Below, in pieces: positions 31,229 through 41,654 of a stretch of DNA of 64,000 bases (position 1 is its first letter; each line of letters opens with the position of its first letter). Location: positions 1-64,000 of IMG/VR virus record IMGVR_UViG_3300028859_000011. The stretch is one strand, 5' to 3'. The notes under the pieces are model-generated. The model was not told the origin of the DNA. It saw nothing but the letters and a program-made list of their open reading frames with translations, and ran no database searches. A program made the translations under genes and the position numbers. This DNA is from a virus.

Positions 31229-31796
31229 AAGTTTTATAAATCATGCTATTTTAAAATGGACACCTGTTATTAATTCATTAAATATTGGTACTCATTTAAT
31301 AGAACCAATTTCAATTTTTGCTGAAGTTCATTCATATAAAAATAATAATAATTTATATAGTTCAAATTATAATATTTTTACTGATTATATTTTACCTATG
31401 TCAATTAAAATATTATCTAAATTGAATTTATCAAACGTTAAATTAATTATAGATACAGAAAATAATTATACATTTGATGATTATTATATAAAATTTAATT
31501 TAACAACAGAGCAAGAGCAAGAACTTAATATGCAAGTGCAAGTAGTAATAAATCCTATAGATATGGCATTTTCAGCATTATCTAATGAAATTATAATTAA
31601 TATAAATGATAAAATTAAAAACGAAAAATTTAATATACTTATAATCAATGATAAAATTAAAAACGAAAAATTTAATATACTTATAATCAATGATAATTTT
31701 ATTAATAAAATTGAAAGATTTCCGACATATATATTATTAACTTATAATTTTATATTAACTGGCATAAAACAAGAGAGATTAAATAAATTAAAATAA
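31209..31796 (+). CDS. Hypothetical protein; N-terminus resembles a T4-type major capsid prodomain start
   Basis: AILKWTPVINSL resembles the LxxKWxPxL start of gp23-like proteins; ends with a loose tag KQERLNKLK. Confidence 0.4.
   Translation: MMIKIDRSFINHAILKWTPVINSLNIGTHLIEPISIFAEVHSYKNNNNLYSSNYNIFTDYILPMSIKILSKLNLSNVKLIIDTENNYTFDDYYIKFNLTTEQEQELNMQVQVVINPIDMAFSALSNEIIININDKIKNEKFNILIINDKIKNEKFNILIINDNFINKIERFPTYILLTYNFILTGIKQERLNKLK
31605..31696. repeat. Exact 42 bp tandem duplication
   Basis: AATGATAAAATTAAAAACGAAAAATTTAATATACTTATAATC twice plus a partial third start; NDKIKNEKFNILII twice. Confidence 0.9.
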
Positions 31797-32011
31797 ATAA
31801 ATAGTAATATATAAAATAATTTAATTAATATATAGTCATATAAAATATTACCTACCTATATATTATTCTTATATTCAATAATTTAAAAATATTATTGAAA
31901 TAATATCATAAAAAGCTTTGTGATTAGAAAAAAATGTTGTACTTTTGTATTATCAATTACAACAATCAATTAAACTTTATAATAAAATTGATATATTAAT
32001 ATAAATAATTT

Positions 32012-32305
32012 ATGGAAAAGACAAAAACAAAGACATTAGAAGAAATTTTAGAAGAAAATGATATATCTACAAATACTGAAGAAGAAAGTAAATTAATTTT
32101 ATGGAATGATGATGTTAATTCTTTTGAATGGGTAGAAAGTTGTTTAATGCTTTATTTAAAATTTACATTTGAAAAAGCTCAAGCATCAGCATACAATGTA
32201 CATCTTAAAGGAAAAGATATTATTAAGACAGGATCGAAAGATGAGTTGGAGCCATATAAAAAATTATTAGAAGAACGAGGATTAAGCCTTACAATAGAAA
32301 AATAA
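32012..32305 (+). CDS. clpS: ClpS N-degron adaptor
   Basis: LILWNDDVNSFEWV...VHLKGKDIIKTG...RGLSLTIE. Confidence 0.9.
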   Translation: MEKTKTKTLEEILEENDISTNTEEESKLILWNDDVNSFEWVESCLMLYLKFTFEKAQASAYNVHLKGKDIIKTGSKDELEPYKKLLEERGLSLTIEK

Positions 32306-32328
32306 TAGAAAAAATAATAGAAAGTGAT

Positions 32329-32598
32329 ATGAAAAAATTAGCAATAAATTATATTTTATATATTTATAAAAATTTCATATATAATAATAAGGATAATGAT
32401 ATTTATAAAAAATGGGCAACTTCATTTATGATTATATTAGAATATACATATGATTTATATATTTGGATATTATCAATTATATTTTTACCTTTTTTATTAA
32501 TTTTAATGATAAATGATAAAAAAATAAAATCTAAAAAATTTCAATTAATGAAAATGTTTATTAACTATACTAAAAATAACAACAATAATAAAAATTAA
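32329..32598 (+). CDS. Small membrane protein
   Basis: Hydrophobic stretch LYIWILSIIFLPFLLILMI; lies between clpS and clpC. Confidence 0.55.
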   Translation: MKKLAINYILYIYKNFIYNNKDNDIYKKWATSFMIILEYTYDLYIWILSIIFLPFLLILMINDKKIKSKKFQLMKMFINYTKNNNNNKN

Positions 32599-32606
32599 AA
32601 AAGCCT

Positions 32607-35141
32607 ATGAATTACTCAAAAGAAGTAGAAGAAGTTATCAAATTAAGCAAGGAAATTGCTATTAATATTCGTTCTAAGTCTATTAAACCTGAACATTTAT
32701 TTTTGGCAATGATTGATGACGATCATTCTGAAACATCTGAAATATTGAGGGATTTAAATCTCAATATTGGCGCAATTAAGCAAACAATTCGTGAGTTGTC
32801 TACATCTGAACAACCTGGAATAAATACACTTAGAAAGAATGCATCAATTCCAATTGACTCATCAACTGAAAAAATTCTTACAGATTCTGCTATTTTAGCT
32901 AAAAAAATGGGAACAGATGAAGTTAGTGTAGAACATGTTTTATGTGCTATATTAGAAAATAAAAATAATTTAGTATCAGAATTATTTAGTAAATCTCCTG
33001 ATATTTTAAGGAGTCTAATGATGATTTTGAAAAATGAGGATCATCTTGATGAATACAATAATGAAATTAATGAACGAGATATAGAAGATTATCAAGATGA
33101 GTCTAACATTAAAGATGATACTAAAAATAAATCAAAAACTAAATTGATTGATCAGTTTGGTACTAATCTTACCAATCTTGCAAAAGAAGGTAAATTAGAT
33201 CCAGTAGTTGGACGTGCAGATGAAATTAAAAGAATTTCGCAGATATTATCCAGACGTAAGAAAAATAATCCTGTATTAGTAGGTGAACCAGGTGTAGGTA
33301 AATCTGCGATTGTTGAAGGATTAGCTCAATTAATTGTAGATGGACTTGTTCCTGAAAATTTACAAAATAAAAAGGTTATAACTCTTGATATGGGGTCTTT
33401 GGTAGCAGGAACTAAATATCGTGGTGAATTTGAACAAAGATTAAGAGGTATTGTCAAAGAAATGGAAGAAAATACTGATATTATTTTATTCATTGATGAA
33501 ATTCATACTATTATTGGAGCAGGTTCTGCAGCAGGATCACTTGATGCTTCTAATATGTTGAAACCAGGATTAGCCAGAGGAACATTTAGATGTATTGGCG
33601 CTACTACTCTTGAAGAATATAGAAAGTATATTGAAAAAGATGCAGCATTAGAACGTAGATTTCAAAAAGTTGTAATTGATGCAACTAGTAAATCTGAAAC
33701 ATTAGAAATTCTTAAGAATATCAAAAAACAATATGAAAATCATCATAAAGTTACATATACTGATGATGCATTAGAAGCATGTGTTAATTTATCTGATAAA
33801 TATATATCAGATAAATTCTTTCCAGACAAAGCAATTGATGTTCTTGATGAAGCTGGAGCTATGGTTCATGTTAATGGAACAAGTGCAATTCCAGATAAAA
33901 TTGTAGAACTCAGTAAAAAAATAAAAATTTCTATTTCTGAAAAACTTGAAAGTATTGCAGCACAGAAATTTGAGAAAGCTGCTGTTCATAGAGACAATGA
34001 AAAACAATGGAAATCTGAACTTGAATCAGAAAGAGAAATATGGAGTCAGGAACATACTGATCATAGAGATGTAGTAACTCAAAAAGAAATAGCTGAAGTT
34101 GTTGCCCTAATGACAAAAATACCTGTAGATAATGTATCCGTTGATGAAAATAACAAGTTAAAATTTATGGCGGATAAAGTAAAAACTGTTGTTATTGGAC
34201 AAGATGATGCTGTTGATAAAATAGTTCAATCAGTTAAAAGGGCAAGAGTTGGTATTACTAATCATAGTAAGCCTGTTGGGTCTTTTGTTTTCTCTGGACC
34301 TACTGGAGTAGGTAAAACATATCTTGCAAAAATTATGGCAAAGGAGTTATTTGGATCAGAAGATGCAATGATTAGAATTGATATGAGTGAATTTATGGAA
34401 AAATTCTCTGTATCTAGATTAGTAGGAGCACCTCCAGGCTATGTTGGATATGAAGAAGGTGGTAAATTAACAGAAGCAGTAAGACGTAAACCATATTCTA
34501 TTATTCTTCTTGATGAAATGGAAAAAGCTCATCCAGATGTTCAAAATATACTTCTTCAAGTATTAGATGATGGTGTATTAACTGATAGTAATGGTCGTAA
34601 AGTAGATTTTAAAAATACTATTATAGTTATGACAACAAATGCAGGTTCAAGAAAATTGAAAGATTTTGGTGCTGGAATTGGATTTGGACTTAATAAAAAC
34701 AGTCAGCAATCTAAAAATGATGTTCTTAAAAAAGAATTAGAAAAAGTATTTAGTCCTGAATTTTTAAATCGTATTGATGAAATTATAAATTTCAATTCTT
34801 TAAGTAAAGAAAATATTTGTGGCATTATTGATGTTGAATGTAAATCTTTGATATCTAATCTTAAAGAAAAAGGATATGATATAATTATATCTCAATCACT
34901 TAAAGATTACTTATTTGAAAATGGTTATGATGAAAATTATGGAGCAAGGCCATTAAAACGAGCAATTCAAAGTAATATCGAAGATAAACTCGCTGATGCT
35001 ATTATTGATCAAGAAATCTCAGTTGGTGATAAAATATCATTAATATATGATAAAGAAAGTTCATCTGTTAAAATTTCAAAATTGTCAACTAAAGAGATTA
35101 AGGCTAGTAATATCTTAACAGAAAATACTACAGTTTCTTAA
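32607..35141 (+). CDS. clpC: ClpC-type AAA+ unfoldase
   Basis: Clp N-domain, GEPGVGKS and GPTGVGKT Walker A motifs, UVR-type M-domain ([11 protein letters not shown]) and ClpP-docking IGF loop (GAGIGFG). Confidence 0.92.
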   Translation: MNYSKEVEEVIKLSKEIAINIRSKSIKPEHLFLAMIDDDHSETSEILRDLNLNIGAIKQTIRELSTSEQPGINTLRKNASIPIDSSTEKILTDSAILAKKMGTDEVSVEHVLCAILENKNNLVSELFSKSPDILRSLMMILKNEDHLDEYNNEINERDIEDYQDESNIKDDTKNKSKTKLIDQFGTNLTNLAKEGKLDPVVGRADEIKRISQILSRRKKNNPVLVGEPGVGKSAIVEGLAQLIVDGLVPENLQNKKVITLDMGSLVAGTKYRGEFEQRLRGIVKEMEENTDIILFIDEIHTIIGAGSAAGSLDASNMLKPGLARGTFRCIGATTLEEYRKYIEKDAALERRFQKVVIDATSKSETLEILKNIKKQYENHHKVTYTDDALEACVNLSDKYISDKFFPDKAIDVLDEAGAMVHVNGTSAIPDKIVELSKKIKISISEKLESIAAQKFEKAAVHRDNEKQWKSELESEREIWSQEHTDHRDVVTQKEIAEVVALMTKIPVDNVSVDENNKLKFMADKVKTVVIGQDDAVDKIVQSVKRARVGITNHSKPVGSFVFSGPTGVGKTYLAKIMAKELFGSEDAMIRIDMSEFMEKFSVSRLVGAPPGYVGYEEGGKLTEAVRRKPYSIILLDEMEKAHPDVQNILLQVLDDGVLTDSNGRKVDFKNTIIVMTTNAGSRKLKDFGAGIGFGLNKNSQQSKNDVLKKELEKVFSPEFLNRIDEIINFNSLSKENICGIIDVECKSLISNLKEKGYDIIISQSLKDYLFENGYDENYGARPLKRAIQSNIEDKLADAIIDQEISVGDKISLIYDKESSSVKISKLSTKEIKASNILTENTTVS

Positions 35142-35446
35142 TGATTAAATGGAAAGATTTAAATCTCACTGATAAAATATTCTATGTTATCTTAAATAAA
35201 GATAACATAGATGTTTTACTTAATAATGAGATGAAAATAGAAGAGATTAAAATAATTAGTATTATTAATGATAATAAAAATATATTATTTAATACTGATA
35301 TATTTGGAAACATTGAAATGACATATGATGAATATAATGAAGAAAGTTATGTCACCTCATATTTAAATGATTCTCTTATAATATTTTCAGTCGATCATAA
35401 TGGAATTATAACTGAATTGAAAAAATTATTAAATGATTTAAATTAA
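35141..35446 (+). CDS. Hypothetical protein (paralogue of the split gene at 59491-60295)
   Basis: Starts [14 protein letters not shown]; followed by a terminator. Confidence 0.6.
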   Translation: MIKWKDLNLTDKIFYVILNKDNIDVLLNNEMKIEEIKIISIINDNKNILFNTDIFGNIEMTYDEYNEESYVTSYLNDSLIIFSVDHNGIITELKKLLNDLN

Positions 35447-35459
35447 CAATTTAAATATT

Positions 35460-35486
35460 AAAACCCTCTGATTTTCAGAGGGTTTT
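35460..35486 (+). terminator. Rho-independent terminator
   Basis: AAAACCCTCTGA / TCAGAGGGTTTT followed by Ts. Confidence 0.85.
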
Positions 35487-35550
35487 TTATTTGTAAAATT
35501 GATTACTGTTTTTTTATATATAATATTGTTAAAAAATAAAATTATAAATT

Positions 35551-36657
35551 ATGCCAGAGCAACAATATAAAATACATTTTCAAAGAAAATTTAAAACATA
35601 TGAAAAACATAATGACTTTTATAATAAATTATTAGACTTAGATATACAACATTTATTTGAGGTTTTACACAAATTAAGATTACCAAATGGTTTTTATAAA
35701 GCATCAGTTTCTACTGATTATAGGTACAGTTGGTTAAGAGATAATTTCTTTTGTTCATTTCCAGAATTATGGAACGATACAGAAAAATATATTCAAACAT
35801 ATCAAACATGGTTAGATTATTATAAAAATATAGAAACAAAATATGGAAAATTTTCATCTTTAATTAAAAAGAAAAAAATAGATTTTGATTGGGAATTTCC
35901 TAATCCAAGAATAAATACAGATTTGACAGAAATTCATTCTGGATGGAATCATATTCAAATTGATCAAATAGGATATTTTTTATATGGAATATCAACTGGT
36001 GAAAATAATGGATTGAATATAATTCGTGATAAATCTGATATTGATATTATATCAACAGTAATTAATTTACTAGATGCTATTAATTATCACACAGTACCTG
36101 AATCTGGAGCTTGGGAAGAGGGTAAAGAAGCTCCAAGGGCATCTACAATTGGTGTAATAGTGGCTGGCTTAAAATCAATTAAAATGTGTAATAACATTAA
36201 TATAGAAATTCCTGTTCATCTGATCGAAAATGGTATTAAAACTTTAAATAGTATTTTACCAAATGAAACCCCCACCAGAAAATATGATTTAGCACAATTA
36301 TTTCTTATTTATCCATTTAATTTATTAACTATTGAAATGTCTAAAACAATATTAAAAAATATTGAAGATAATTTATTAGATGATAATGGAGTCTATAGAT
36401 ATCTAGATGATAAATATTATAATCACAATGGAGAAGCAACTTGGTTATTTGGATTAAGTTATTTAGGATTAATATATTGTCAATTAGGAGATAAAGAAAA
36501 AGCAAAATATTTTTATGAAAAAATAGTTGATGAATCCATAGATTATGAAATACCTGAATTGTATTATCACGGTACAAAAACTCCAAATGATAATAATCCA
36601 TTAAGTTGGAGCATAGCAATGACTATTGAATTAGCACATATGCTTAAAACTAATTAG
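35551..36657 (+). CDS. GH15-like six-hairpin glycoside hydrolase
   Basis: YSWLRDN, HIQIDQIG, GAWEE and PLSWSIAM motifs. Confidence 0.7.
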   Translation: MPEQQYKIHFQRKFKTYEKHNDFYNKLLDLDIQHLFEVLHKLRLPNGFYKASVSTDYRYSWLRDNFFCSFPELWNDTEKYIQTYQTWLDYYKNIETKYGKFSSLIKKKKIDFDWEFPNPRINTDLTEIHSGWNHIQIDQIGYFLYGISTGENNGLNIIRDKSDIDIISTVINLLDAINYHTVPESGAWEEGKEAPRASTIGVIVAGLKSIKMCNNINIEIPVHLIENGIKTLNSILPNETPTRKYDLAQLFLIYPFNLLTIEMSKTILKNIEDNLLDDNGVYRYLDDKYYNHNGEATWLFGLSYLGLIYCQLGDKEKAKYFYEKIVDESIDYEIPELYYHGTKTPNDNNPLSWSIAMTIELAHMLKTN

Positions 36658-36695
36658 AGTATAATTATTTTATATTTAGCTATTATCATAAAAAA

Positions 36696-36728
36696 TGCAC
36701 CATTATCATTGATAATGATAATGGTGCA
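36696..36728. terminator. Bidirectional terminator
   Basis: 15 bp arms TGCACCATTATCATT / AATGATAATGGTGCA between convergent genes. Confidence 0.8.
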
Positions 36729-36761
36729 AAAATATTAATATTTAATTGTGATATATAATTA

Positions 36762-37403
36762 TCAAACAACATTATCCTTATATCTTTCAGGATTTGAGCA
36801 TTCTGGTATGACTCTAATTTTAGGACTTACAGGCATTTTTAATTCTTTTTCTTCAGATTCTTTAATCTTAATTAATCCAAAAATCGCATAATTAATCATA
36901 TCAAAATAATTTGCATCAATTCCTTCTGATATTATAGTTTTACCGTCATTATCTTCAATTTGTTTAGTTCTATATATTTTCATTAAAATTAAATCAGTAT
37001 ATGATTCTATTCTCATTGATCTCCAAGCTTCGCCATAATCATGATTTTTATTTAACATTAATTCTTTAGCTTTCTGGATATATTTATTATATAATTTTAT
37101 TCCTTTATCATAAGATAAATCATCTGAATCAGAGTAGCCAAGTTCTAATTGAATTAATCCAATTATTCCATAATTTACAATCGCTATCAATTCTGAATTA
37201 ATTCCTTCGTCAATTTTTTTCTCTAATTTAATTTCTATACTTCTAATTCTATTAGCTTTTATAAATATCTGATCTGTAACAGATTTTGGCCTTAAAATTC
37301 TCCAAGAAGAACCATAATCTTTCATTTTTTTAGTGTAAATATTTAAGCAATCATTTATTATTTGATCAAATTCCTCAATAGTTTTATTTATTTTATTCGT
37401 CAT
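36762..37403 (-). CDS. DUF1599 (nucleotide-modification-associated) protein with tandem domains
   Basis: KKMKDYGSSWRILR...IFIKANRIR and KNHDYGEAWRSMR...KIYRTKQIE, the Bacteroidota two-domain form. Confidence 0.75.
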   Translation of the reverse strand: MTNKINKTIEEFDQIINDCLNIYTKKMKDYGSSWRILRPKSVTDQIFIKANRIRSIEIKLEKKIDEGINSELIAIVNYGIIGLIQLELGYSDSDDLSYDKGIKLYNKYIQKAKELMLNKNHDYGEAWRSMRIESYTDLILMKIYRTKQIEDNDGKTIISEGIDANYFDMINYAIFGLIKIKESEEKELKMPVSPKIRVIPECSNPERYKDNVV

Positions 37404-37974
37404 TTTTCAATATATTTTTTAATTTATCTGATCTTTTTTCTTTTACTGATAATTTATTATTTTCATATAATATTTTTTCGAATTTAAAATTGACATTTAA
37501 TTTGCTTAAATTACAATATCCATTTTTAAATTTAAAATTATTCTCAATATTTGTAAATTGAAATTTTGTATAACATATTGTCATCAATTTTGAAATTTTT
37601 ATTTTAACTGACATTTTTATTTCATCTTCTATTAATTCCATTAATTTTTCATATGGTTGTATTCTATTGCCAGATAATTCACAATTAAATATAAAAGTTT
37701 TATCATTAATTTCACATAAAGAATCAGATAATTTAGAATCGTTATCAAATTCAAAAATGACAGAATAATTTAAACATTCTAAGAAATTTAATGATTCTTT
37801 ATTTTCTACTCCATAAAAATAATTTGGATTAATACAACTACCATATAATTCATTTATAGTAGTATTATTATAATTTCCAGTAGTAATATTTGATGATATA
37901 GATGTTGCTAATGTTGATGTTGATGCTAAAGTGTTAGATAAATTTAAATTTGCTAAGTTATTAAATATAGACAT
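37393..37974 (-). CDS. Family B tagged protein, possibly a degenerate tail-tube fold
   Basis: Ser/Thr-rich N-terminus, beta-rich core ending LNVNFKFEKI, then KRSDKLKNIL; similar layout to 50747-51214. Confidence 0.45.
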   Translation of the reverse strand: MSIFNNLANLNLSNTLASTSTLATSISSNITTGNYNNTTINELYGSCINPNYFYGVENKESLNFLECLNYSVIFEFDNDSKLSDSLCEINDKTFIFNCELSGNRIQPYEKLMELIEDEIKMSVKIKISKLMTICYTKFQFTNIENNFKFKNGYCNLSKLNVNFKFEKILYENNKLSVKEKRSDKLKNILKNDE

Positions 37975-38053
37975 ATGATTTTTATTATTTTTATTATTTT
38001 TATATTACAAAGTTTGTTTTTTTATATATAGAAAAAACTATAAAACTACAAAT

Positions 38054-39943
38054 ATGCCAAGCTCTAGTAAAATGATGATGATTAATACAAATGTCTTAAT
38101 GGAATGGACATTTGATAGTGAAAATAATATAACTGAAAATTACAAAGTTATAACTAATTTGAATGAAAATAAAAAAAGAAGTTTTCTTTCTACTACAAAT
38201 AATAATTCCATAAATAATAATTTAGTTTTATTGGATACTGTTCTAAAAAAATATACTCCTATTGATGTAGTAAAATATAATTTTTTACAATATCAAGATT
38301 ATAATACAGCACCAATACCATATGATACTGTAAAATTATATTTACCAACGAATTATAATTTCGTAATGAATGAATATGTTGGATTATATGTTAAAATTTA
38401 TACATATGATTATTATAATGAAAATGTATATGAATTATCTAATATATTTTTTGATTCTACAGTTAATACAACATCAGGATTAACTCAATTATCTATACCA
38501 TTTTTATATAATGAACAAGAATGGGGTAAATATTATGAATTTCAAATTCCATCTATTGATTATATATCTAATCAAAGAATAATATCATTAACAGAAAATG
38601 TAGTATTAAATAATACAATCAATGATAATTTTACGATAGGAGTAGGATTAAGTCAAACATCTCCAATATTTGTTGAATTTCAATATTTAACTTCAAAAGA
38701 AATTATACTTGGTACAACATATTATTATTCATCAGAGTCTTACCGTACATCATTATCTAAAAGTGCTGATTATAATACATTAGCAGTCAATATATCAGAA
38801 TCAACAGAAGGAGATTTCTTTGAAATAAACGGTACATATGGAAATTCAACTCAAAATTTGGATAATTTCATAAGAGAAATGGAGAATAAAGGACGTAGAA
38901 TGAGAATTGAGTACGATATTTATCTACTTGAAGAGAATATACAGACAAATATGCAAACCGTTGTTGTAACAGGAAATGGCGCAAATGATGATTTTACAAA
39001 AACTATATTATATAGACCTATTTTAACATTTTCAAACACAACAGCAGCAATAAACGTTGTAATGAGAGTTATTGATTTAGTGGATATGAGTACAATAGAA
39101 AGAACATCAACTCTTGGGTTAACTACTAATATACAAAAATATGGTAAAAAATTAATTAGTTTAAATATACAAAATTTAAATAAACTTAAAATTTATAATG
39201 CGAAACCAGATGAAATTATTTTGGGCTCAGATTATTTATCAGGAAATATAACTACAGAAATTGTAAAAGTAAATTCTCCTCAATTGATAGAAGTTGGTAA
39301 ATTAATAGTAAATAGTTCATCTAATAGTTCATCTACCGCATTAACTAATAATGATTATAAAACTATGGGATTATTAAATATTGTAATTACTCCATTTGAT
39401 AATATCATACAATTTAGATTGGCATCTCTTCAATCAACAAATTCTACTACTAATCAATTGGTTATATATGATTTATCTACAATATTGAATAATGCAGAAT
39501 TAGTATTAGTATTTAAATCTGATTCAGAAACAATAGAAAAATCTATATATCAAGAAGCTACAAATGATTATATAAACGGAATTGTTAATTTTAAAATTTT
39601 AGAAAATGATTTACCTGTATTAAACTCAATTTACAATAAAGGATTCACTAATTTTTATTTAACATTAGTGTCAAATAATCAGTCATCAAATAGTACAACT
39701 CAAGTTATTGGACTTGATAAAGTACGAACATTATTATATTCTGGTACATTTACATTATTTGAAAATGTCACATTTGTTGATGATAGTACAACATATATTT
39801 CAGACTCAAGTAGTTCTGTTCCTATATCATCAGGTAGTGCATCTACTAATACAACAACTACAACAGCATCAATATGGCCAATGGCAGGAAGAACAGTTAT
39901 TATTTATACCAAATATAAAAATACATCATCAACATCAAATTAA
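38054..39943 (+). CDS. Probable virion structural protein
   Basis: 629 aa, Asn/Thr-rich beta composition; TTTTATATATAG motif upstream. Confidence 0.55.
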   Translation: MPSSSKMMMINTNVLMEWTFDSENNITENYKVITNLNENKKRSFLSTTNNNSINNNLVLLDTVLKKYTPIDVVKYNFLQYQDYNTAPIPYDTVKLYLPTNYNFVMNEYVGLYVKIYTYDYYNENVYELSNIFFDSTVNTTSGLTQLSIPFLYNEQEWGKYYEFQIPSIDYISNQRIISLTENVVLNNTINDNFTIGVGLSQTSPIFVEFQYLTSKEIILGTTYYYSSESYRTSLSKSADYNTLAVNISESTEGDFFEINGTYGNSTQNLDNFIREMENKGRRMRIEYDIYLLEENIQTNMQTVVVTGNGANDDFTKTILYRPILTFSNTTAAINVVMRVIDLVDMSTIERTSTLGLTTNIQKYGKKLISLNIQNLNKLKIYNAKPDEIILGSDYLSGNITTEIVKVNSPQLIEVGKLIVNSSSNSSSTALTNNDYKTMGLLNIVITPFDNIIQFRLASLQSTNSTTNQLVIYDLSTILNNAELVLVFKSDSETIEKSIYQEATNDYINGIVNFKILENDLPVLNSIYNKGFTNFYLTLVSNNQSSNSTTQVIGLDKVRTLLYSGTFTLFENVTFVDDSTTYISDSSSSVPISSGSASTNTTTTTASIWPMAGRTVIIYTKYKNTSSTSN

Positions 39944-39953
39944 AATAATTAAA

Positions 39954-41192
39954 ATGACTACTACAACTACTACAATATCAAATACTAAAAATGATTTACT
40001 TAACGCATTAAATATATCATCAGGTGAAACTTTAAGTTATAATTCATCAATTGAGAATATTATAAATACTCAAGGCGGAACTGTTTTATATTCGTACGAT
40101 AATATAATTATAGCATCTGAAATTACAGATTCATTTTATAATGAATTGATTAAAAATCCAAACATAGAGTATATAGATTCACTACCTTTAAAAAAATATG
40201 GTGATGTTAATTATAATTTAATTAACCAAGTAGTGATTAATAATAGTAATACATCGAATTTAAGTTCAACTTCAGGTTCAAATTCAGGAACAACTGTTGC
40301 TTTCGTAACAGGAATAAATGTGACAGGATATACAAATGATATTACAAATTCTATAAATTTGTTAAATACTCTTACTACGACACTTCAAGATGGAATATCA
40401 GGTAAAACTAGTTTATCATCAAATATAAATATATCACCTACCATAACAAATGATATTTTTGCATTAAGTGCAGAAACCAATAATACATTCAATTATCTTA
40501 TTAATGCAACTGGTACTGTACCAATTAAATATGAGATTATAACGCCAAGTAACTATATTGGAACAATAGGACTCAATTTAAATAATATAAGTGGAATCAC
40601 ATCAAAAACTGGAACATATAATTTTACATATAGTGCAATAAATTATTACGGTTCTGCATCAAAAGATTTAGTTTTGACTGTTATTGAATATGTTAAAATA
40701 ACCAATACAAATCTTATTATTAATAGTAATTTTGGTACAAATATTACATATCAAATATTATCAACTGGAAATCCAAATTCATATTATTCAACATCTTTAC
40801 CATCTGGATTAACTATGAACAATTCAACTGGAGTAATTAGTGGAATTTGTGTTATAACTGGAAGTACTAATGTTAATATAACTGCTTCTGGAATAACAGG
40901 AATGGATTCTAAAATATTAACAATTAATGTAGGATATTATCCAATCATTACTAGTATTGGTACTATTTCAGGTAAGACATATTCAGCGTTTAATTATACT
41001 ATAACATCAACTGATAGTGGTGCTACATATAAAATTGTAGGTAACTTACCTAGTGGATTAAATTTTAATAATAATATAATAAGTGGATTACCAAATAATC
41101 CTGGAATAGTAAACGTATCAATAACAGCAAGTAATGCGTTTGGATATTCCACTAAAAATTTATCAATTATTATATCAAATATGAATATATAA
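39954..41192 (+). CDS. Putative-Ig (He_PIG-type) repeat protein with N-terminal I9-like domain
   Basis: Start reassigned to MTTTTTTIS; repeats such as SLPSGLTMNNSTGVISG and NLPSGLNFNNNIISGLP. Confidence 0.7.
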   Translation: MTTTTTTISNTKNDLLNALNISSGETLSYNSSIENIINTQGGTVLYSYDNIIIASEITDSFYNELIKNPNIEYIDSLPLKKYGDVNYNLINQVVINNSNTSNLSSTSGSNSGTTVAFVTGINVTGYTNDITNSINLLNTLTTTLQDGISGKTSLSSNINISPTITNDIFALSAETNNTFNYLINATGTVPIKYEIITPSNYIGTIGLNLNNISGITSKTGTYNFTYSAINYYGSASKDLVLTVIEYVKITNTNLIINSNFGTNITYQILSTGNPNSYYSTSLPSGLTMNNSTGVISGICVITGSTNVNITASGITGMDSKILTINVGYYPIITSIGTISGKTYSAFNYTITSTDSGATYKIVGNLPSGLNFNNNIISGLPNNPGIVNVSITASNAFGYSTKNLSIIISNMNI

Positions 41193-41206
41193 AAATAAAA
41201 TAAAAA

Positions 41207-41455
41207 ATGGCTACATCAACTCAAAATTCATTATTTCAAGGATTAACATATAATGATGATATAACAAATGAAATTATATCAAGTGGAGGAACTATAGTTT
41301 TTACTAGAGATAACGTAATAATGGCATCAGAAATATCAGAAGCTGAATATAGATCATTATTAAATAATCAATATATATCTAAAATAGAAGTATTACCATT
41401 AAAAAGATATGGAAATCAAGGTATTACGACTACATCTATAACAACAACTCAATAA
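41207..41455 (+). CDS. Stand-alone paralogue of the 39954 N-terminal domain
   Basis: GGTIVFTRDNVIMASEISE...LPLKRYGN versus GGTVLYSYDNIIIASEITD...LPLKKYGD. Confidence 0.75.
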   Translation: MATSTQNSLFQGLTYNDDITNEIISSGGTIVFTRDNVIMASEISEAEYRSLLNNQYISKIEVLPLKRYGNQGITTTSITTTQ

Positions 41456-41471
41456 AAAAATAATTATTTAA

Positions 41472-41654
41472 ATTAACTATTTAAAAACATTTGAAAAATA
41501 TGATAATTCTTATATTTATGATATATTAACTGAAAGATTTGCAAATTATATTAAAAATGTTTTAAAATTTGAAGAAGAAACTCCAAACTATAGTAATAAT
41601 TTTTATAAAATAAAAAGTAATAAATTAAAATATGAGAATAAGTTCACAAAATAA
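41472..41654 (+). pseudogene. Family A-type ORF with ATT in place of ATG
   Basis: ATT AAC TAT TTA AAA ACA TTT GAA (xNYLKTFE), open for 60 codons; not in the ORF track. Confidence 0.45.

Noticed and set aside
1965-34116. Shadow ORFs in the track at 1965, 5659, 7026, 9241, 12019, 14039, 18472, 21945, 23040, 24842, 26324, 28824, 31484, 33807 and 33931
   Set aside because: Each lies within or opposite a longer, better-supported gene and has no recognisable motif.
39708-39953. Long overlap between 38054-39943 and the 39708 ORF as dual coding
   Set aside because: The extension reads as off-frame text; an ATG at 39954, just after the upstream stop, gives a normal operon junction.
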